From positions 45,521 to 109,520 of the forward strand of contig JBBSZK010000007.1 of assembly GCA_038044745.1 (NCBI GenBank): 64,000 nt of DNA, in the 5' to 3' direction. Of this stretch, positions 59,856 to 64,000 are shown piece after piece; position 1 is the first letter of the stretch; every line of letters starts with the position of its first letter. Both the position numbers and the translations under genes were made by a program. The DNA comes from Nanobdellota archaeon. Its GTDB lineage: Archaea; Nanobdellota; Nanobdellia; Pacearchaeales; GW2011-AR1. The notes beneath the pieces are model-generated. The model had not been told where the DNA came from. It worked only from the letters and a program-made list of their open reading frames with translations, and did not search any database.

Positions 59856-61621
59856 TTTGTAACAGTCGCTTTTATCCTTCGAACACCTGCGGCGGCGGAC
59901 TCTTCTTTAATAATTTTAAACGTTCCTATATCTTTCGTGTTTTTGACATGCGGGCCGGTGCAGATTTCTTTGCTAAACCATCCGCGTTTGTTTTTTTCGT
60001 CTTTGATAGTGTACACTGATATTTTTTCAGGATACTTGTGGCCGAACTCTGCTTGAGCTCCTTCCGCTGTTGCTTCCTTGAATGACATTTCTTCTCTTCT
60101 AACTTCTAGACTTGATTTTATCTTTTCATTAACTAACGTACTTATCTTATTGAGTTCTTCTTCGGTTAATTTTCTTGGGAAATTGAAATCAAATCTCAGT
60201 CGTTCAGGTGTGATGTTTGAACCGCGTTGTTTTACATCGGAGCCTAAGACTTGTCTAAGGGCTTCGTTGAGGAGGTGTGTTGCGGTGTGCAGACGAGTTG
60301 TATGCTCGGAGTGGTCTGCGAGACCTGATTTGAATGTTCCGGACGAGGTTGCTTTTGATAGTTCTTGGTGTTTTTTGTAGGCTTTTTCGAAGGCAATTAC
60401 ATCTACCTTGATTTTCTTCTCGCGGGCGAGTTCGACTGTCATTTCGAGCGGGAACCCGTAACTTTGAAATAACAAAAACGCGTCTTCTCCTGAAATATCT
60501 TTATTTGCGATTCTTTCAAATTCTTTCATTCCTATCGAAAGCGTCTTCTCGAATTTATTTTCTTCAGCAGATAACGTTTCATGGATGAACTTTCTTTTTT
60601 CCTTGAGCTCGGTGTAATCTTCATAGCTATCCATGACTGTTTCAGCCATTGTTTTTGTAAGGGGCTTTGCTAGACTTATGCCCAACTTTCGGCTATATAC
60701 GATTGCTCTACGAAGTAGTCTTCTGAGTACGTATCCTTGTTCGACATTGCTTGGTACAACGCCGTCTGCAATCATCATGGCGGCTGCGCGCACGTGATCT
60801 GCTACGATTCGCATCTCTTTTTCGTTGTCTTGATAGTCTTTTTCAGACATTTCTTCTATTACTTCTATGAGTGGCGCGAACGAGTCAGTTTCATAATTAT
60901 CTTCTAGATTATTGAGGGCAGCGAGTGTGCGCTCGACACCCATACCCGTATCCACATTGTACTGCTTTGCTTCTACGTACTTTCCTTCTTTTGTTTTTTC
61001 ATATTCCATGAACACATTGTTCCAAATTTCTATCCATTGAGAATCATCAGGATTGAACTTTTTCGGGGGCTTGGCTGATGAACACCAGTAGAATATTTCG
61101 GTGTCTGGTCCGCAGGGGCCCGTCTGTCCTGCAGGACCCCACCAGTTATTTTTTTTGGGAAGAAATGCAATACGGTCTTTCGATATTCCTAATGAAACCC
61201 AGGCTTTTTCTGATTCTGTGTCTTTTGGAGCGTCATCATCTCCTGCAAAACAACTGATTGCTAATCTTTCTTTAGGTAGTTTCAATGTCTTTGTTAAAAA
61301 TTCGTAGCTATATCCTATAGACTCTTTCTTCCAGTAGTCGCCTAAGGACCAATTGCCCAACATCTCGAAAAAGGTATGGTGCGTTGTATCACCTACCTCT
61401 TCAATATCTCCGGTGCGAATACATTTTTGTACGTTTACAAGTCGTTTTCCGAGGGGATGTTTTTGACCGAGTAAATAGGGCACTAGAGGGTGCATGCCTG
61501 CTGTTGTAAAGAGCACGCTGGGGTCGTTTGCGGGGACAAGTGACGCAGAAGGGATTATTACATGGTCTTTCTTCCGAAAGAATTCACAGTACTTCTTAAT
61601 GAGTTCCTTTCGAGTTATCAT
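59852..61621 (-). CDS. alaS: alanyl-tRNA synthetase, bacterial-type, short form lacking the C-Ala domain
   Basis: SASLVPANDPSVLFTTAGM, HHTFFEMLGNWSLGDYWK and GPCGPDTEIFY, plus editing-domain HTATHLL and CTGPHV. The protein ends about 35 aa after the CxxxH motif (589 aa). Confidence 0.9.
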   Translation of the reverse strand: MITRKELIKKYCEFFRKKDHVIIPSASLVPANDPSVLFTTAGMHPLVPYLLGQKHPLGKRLVNVQKCIRTGDIEEVGDTTHHTFFEMLGNWSLGDYWKKESIGYSYEFLTKTLKLPKERLAISCFAGDDDAPKDTESEKAWVSLGISKDRIAFLPKKNNWWGPAGQTGPCGPDTEIFYWCSSAKPPKKFNPDDSQWIEIWNNVFMEYEKTKEGKYVEAKQYNVDTGMGVERTLAALNNLEDNYETDSFAPLIEVIEEMSEKDYQDNEKEMRIVADHVRAAAMMIADGVVPSNVEQGYVLRRLLRRAIVYSRKLGISLAKPLTKTMAETVMDSYEDYTELKEKRKFIHETLSAEENKFEKTLSIGMKEFERIANKDISGEDAFLLFQSYGFPLEMTVELAREKKIKVDVIAFEKAYKKHQELSKATSSGTFKSGLADHSEHTTRLHTATHLLNEALRQVLGSDVKQRGSNITPERLRFDFNFPRKLTEEELNKISTLVNEKIKSSLEVRREEMSFKEATAEGAQAEFGHKYPEKISVYTIKDEKNKRGWFSKEICTGPHVKNTKDIGTFKIIKEESAAAGVRRIKATVTN

Positions 61622-61658
61622 AGGTTTATCTAGAATAGGGGGCTTTAAACGTTTTGTT

Positions 61659-61985
61659 CTAGTCTTGCTGGAGGCGTTCTATCTTGCGTTTTATTTCTTC
61701 AATTTCAAATTCAAGGTCGTGTCTCTTCTTTACGGGTACCTTTGTTATTTGGTTATCGTCTTCTGTTTTTTCCTTCATGCGAGGCAATGATCGGTCTATG
61801 ACTGATAACTCTTCACGTACTTCCCCTATTTTTCTCTTTAGAATGGATTTAAGTGCTAACTCTTGTTTTCGCAACTCTTTGTATTTCTGATATCTCTTCA
61901 TAATATTCAGCGTTTCCATCTGAGACATCAAGAGTTCTTTTTTTGAGTAGGCTTGTTCAGAGGCAGTTAGCTTTACGTATTCCAT
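61659..61985 (-). CDS. hypothetical coiled-coil protein
   Basis: 108 aa, heptad-rich. Its start overlaps the stop of the upstream ORF. Confidence 0.45.
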   Translation of the reverse strand: MEYVKLTASEQAYSKKELLMSQMETLNIMKRYQKYKELRKQELALKSILKRKIGEVREELSVIDRSLPRMKEKTEDDNQITKVPVKKRHDLEFEIEEIKRKIERLQQD

Positions 61986-62536
61986 CAGTTCTCGGCGCGT
62001 TCAAAAATATCGTTAAGCACGGTTTGTACGCGCGATTTTACGTTTTCCATTTCTGATTCCCACGAGGATAGTTCTGCATCTTCTTTTGCCTTTACGTCGC
62101 GAATTGTTTTAAGAAGCTCTTCGATTTCGCTTAATTTGATTTTGACTGTTTCAAGCGAGTTTCTTGCAAGCTGGAATTTATCAATTCTTACGAAAATGGG
62201 TTTACTGTCCTTTCGTGTGGGCATCGCCACTCGTTCTGTTTTTTCAGGGGCGTGCCACTCGTTCATTTCTATGAACTTGTAATTGCTTTGTGGCGCTGAC
62301 TTGTACAGGGGAGTTTCATCTTTGATTTCTTCATTTGCGACTGCGTCTTTTATCGCACTTTGGCTGAATCCTTTTCGCATGGGTGAATCGGGAAACGAAG
62401 GGAGTTCATGAATTTCGTCATCGTCTTCTGAAATATCTTTCATCTGCGGCATGTCTCTCAAGGACAGGGAGGGTCTCACCGGAGGGCGCGGCAGATCGGG
62501 CAGCCCCTTATCTTTTTCTTTTCTTTCCCAGAACAT
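61985..62536 (-). CDS. hypothetical protein (disordered N-terminus, helical C-terminus)
   Basis: 183 aa. No motif recognised. Confidence 0.45.
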   Translation of the reverse strand: MFWERKEKDKGLPDLPRPPVRPSLSLRDMPQMKDISEDDDEIHELPSFPDSPMRKGFSQSAIKDAVANEEIKDETPLYKSAPQSNYKFIEMNEWHAPEKTERVAMPTRKDSKPIFVRIDKFQLARNSLETVKIKLSEIEELLKTIRDVKAKEDAELSSWESEMENVKSRVQTVLNDIFERAEN

Positions 62537-62636
62537 CCCCTTAAAACCGAAGGTTTGTTTTTATAGGTTTATATACACTTTATAATGACAACACCTCTTT
62601 AGAAAGGTTTTTATTGTGCTTTCTTTAGGTTGCGAC

Positions 62637-63326
62637 ATGCAGGTACGACTTCTAAAAGAGATTATAGGTTCTATTGCGGGTCCGTCGGCTATTGGGCTTG
62701 TTGATTTGCTCTATGGCAAGAAAAATGTAAATGAGTTTATTATTGCGAAAAAAATGAAACTTAATATTAATCAAACGCGTAATATGCTTTACAAACTCGC
62801 GGATGAGGGTCTTGTGAGTTTTACACGTAAGAAGGATCGCAAGAATGGCGGATGGTATACATATTACTGGACTTTAGATACTACAAAGTCTCTTGCGAAT
62901 TTGCGTACTATTATTGAGAATGACATTTCTTCTCTTCAATCTCAACTTGGCACTCGAAAGAATGAACGATTTTATCATTGTTCTAATTGCGATTTGGAGA
63001 TGAATGAAGAAAATGCGCTGCTCAACAATTTTACCTGCCCTGAGTGCGGAGAGGTTTTCGTATTGCGCGATAACTCTGAATTTGTTAAGCGATTTGAGTC
63101 TGCCATCGAAAAACGCAAGGAACAACTCGCAGTGGTTGAACAGGAGCTTGGATTACTCTATAAGAAAGAAGATTCGGTTCGCCAACGGCGATTTAAGGCG
63201 GAAGCTCAAAAGAAAAAAACTGAACGCGCTCTGCGTCGTAAGGCTCGTATCGCGACGGTCAAACCGTCTGCTAAGAGGCCAAAGAAGGCATCTTCAAAGC
63301 GCGCATCCAAGCGCCGTGGCAGTTAA
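62637..63326 (+). CDS. tfe: transcription factor E (TFE alpha / TFIIE-alpha homolog)
   Basis: Winged helix (NEFIIAKKMKLNINQTRNMLYKLADEGLVSF...YYWTL), zinc ribbon CSNC...CPECG and a basic tail. ATG at 62637. Confidence 0.8.
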   Translation: MQVRLLKEIIGSIAGPSAIGLVDLLYGKKNVNEFIIAKKMKLNINQTRNMLYKLADEGLVSFTRKKDRKNGGWYTYYWTLDTTKSLANLRTIIENDISSLQSQLGTRKNERFYHCSNCDLEMNEENALLNNFTCPECGEVFVLRDNSEFVKRFESAIEKRKEQLAVVEQELGLLYKKEDSVRQRRFKAEAQKKKTERALRRKARIATVKPSAKRPKKASSKRASKRRGS

Positions 63327-64000
63327 TGGTTTTTTCTCGTCGTATTCGTTCTCAGCCTTATGCTCGTTATAGTTTGACGACGGTTTTTGTTGCGATTAAT
63401 GTGGTGGTTTATTTGCTTTTTTTGATGGCTTCTCTTCTATCTTCTTTTTTTTCTAGCCCTTCTTTTATTGATACCCTCGTTTCCTTTTTCGCACTTAATC
63501 CTCGACTCGTTATCGAACAAGGCAGTTTTTGGACACTCTTCTCAAGCATGTTTGCACACATTTCACTTTCCCATCTTATCGTTAATATGATCTCGCTTTT
63601 TTTCATAGGCTCGTTCGTTGAGCGTCTTATTGGCAAGCGCCGTTATTTTTGGCTTTATGTTGTTTCTGGACTTATAGCCAGTCTCTTTTTTGTCGGTTTT
63701 GCGTACTTGGGGAATGTGGTTTCGTGGGGCTCACTTCTCTTCGGCACTATTGATAGTTCTGCGGTGGGTGCAAGTGGAGCACTTTTTGGAATTGCGGGTT
63801 TGCTTGCTATGCTTCTTCCACGTCTTCGGGTACTTGTCTTTTTTGTGCTCCCTATGCCTATGTGGGGGGCCATGTTTCTTTTGATTGTTGGTCTTTGGTT
63901 CTTTTCGGCCGCTGCTGGGCTTCCCATAGGAAATACGGCTCATCTCGGAGGGCTGGTTGTAGGACTCGCCTACGGGTGGTATCTTAGAATTAAATATGCT
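63326..64000 (+). CDS. rhomboid family intramembrane serine protease (partial; runs off the right edge, not in the ORF track)
   Basis: I translated it from ATG 63326 (TAATG overlap with tfe) with no stop before base 64000. Contains the GASGALFG catalytic-Ser motif, AHLGG catalytic His, and several TM helices. Confidence 0.8.
   Translation, partial: MVFSRRIRSQPYARYSLTTVFVAINVVVYLLFLMASLLSSFFSSPSFIDTLVSFFALNPRLVIEQGSFWTLFSSMFAHISLSHLIVNMISLFFIGSFVERLIGKRRYFWLYVVSGLIASLFFVGFAYLGNVVSWGSLLFGTIDSSAVGASGALFGIAGLLAMLLPRLRVLVFFVLPMPMWGAMFLLIVGLWFFSAAAGLPIGNTAHLGGLVVGLAYGWYLRIKYA

Overview
This 64-kb window comes from a compact archaeal genome. Archaeal markers include RadA, TFB, TFE, aIF-2alpha, aEF-1beta, Nop10, EndA, Bud32, an Sm protein, a GINS-like protein, RPA, and r-proteins S27e, L44e, S3Ae, S8e, S17e and S15. 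SRP54, FtsY, GlyRS, RNase Z, NDK, ApgM and UppP are also present. Tight gene packing, TATA boxes about 25-35 nt before start codons, many ATGA stop/start overlaps, bacterial-type LeuRS and AlaRS, and giant surface proteins suggest a DPANN-like lineage; that placement is inference. I call eight tRNA genes. Two of them (Thr-UGU and Met-CAU) carry canonical 37/38 introns. I recognised no rRNA, CRISPR array, transposase or integrase. The strongest accessory signal is a diversity-generating retroelement (DGR) at 55.6-58.0 kb. A 92-nt template repeat and a 92-nt variable repeat differ at 10 positions, and every difference sits at a template adenine. A DGR-type reverse transcriptase follows, but its frame is broken inside a G12 run. 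Other accessory content: (1) a pilin-like gene cluster with an A24 prepilin peptidase; (2) two giant-protein cassettes (1917 aa and about 1959 aa), each led by a tiny DNA-binding gene with overlapping stop/start; (3) a paralogous surface-protein cluster that includes an anchored subtilisin. One giant cassette is bracketed by a 158-bp duplicated RNase Z fragment fused to the RNase Z promoter. Three tRNA genes are followed by exact direct repeats of their own 3' ends, which look like integration scars. Two GC-rich intergenic islands are candidate ncRNAs of unknown class. All coordinates, alignments and translations were done by eye from the sequence; family assignments rest on recalled motifs, not database searches.
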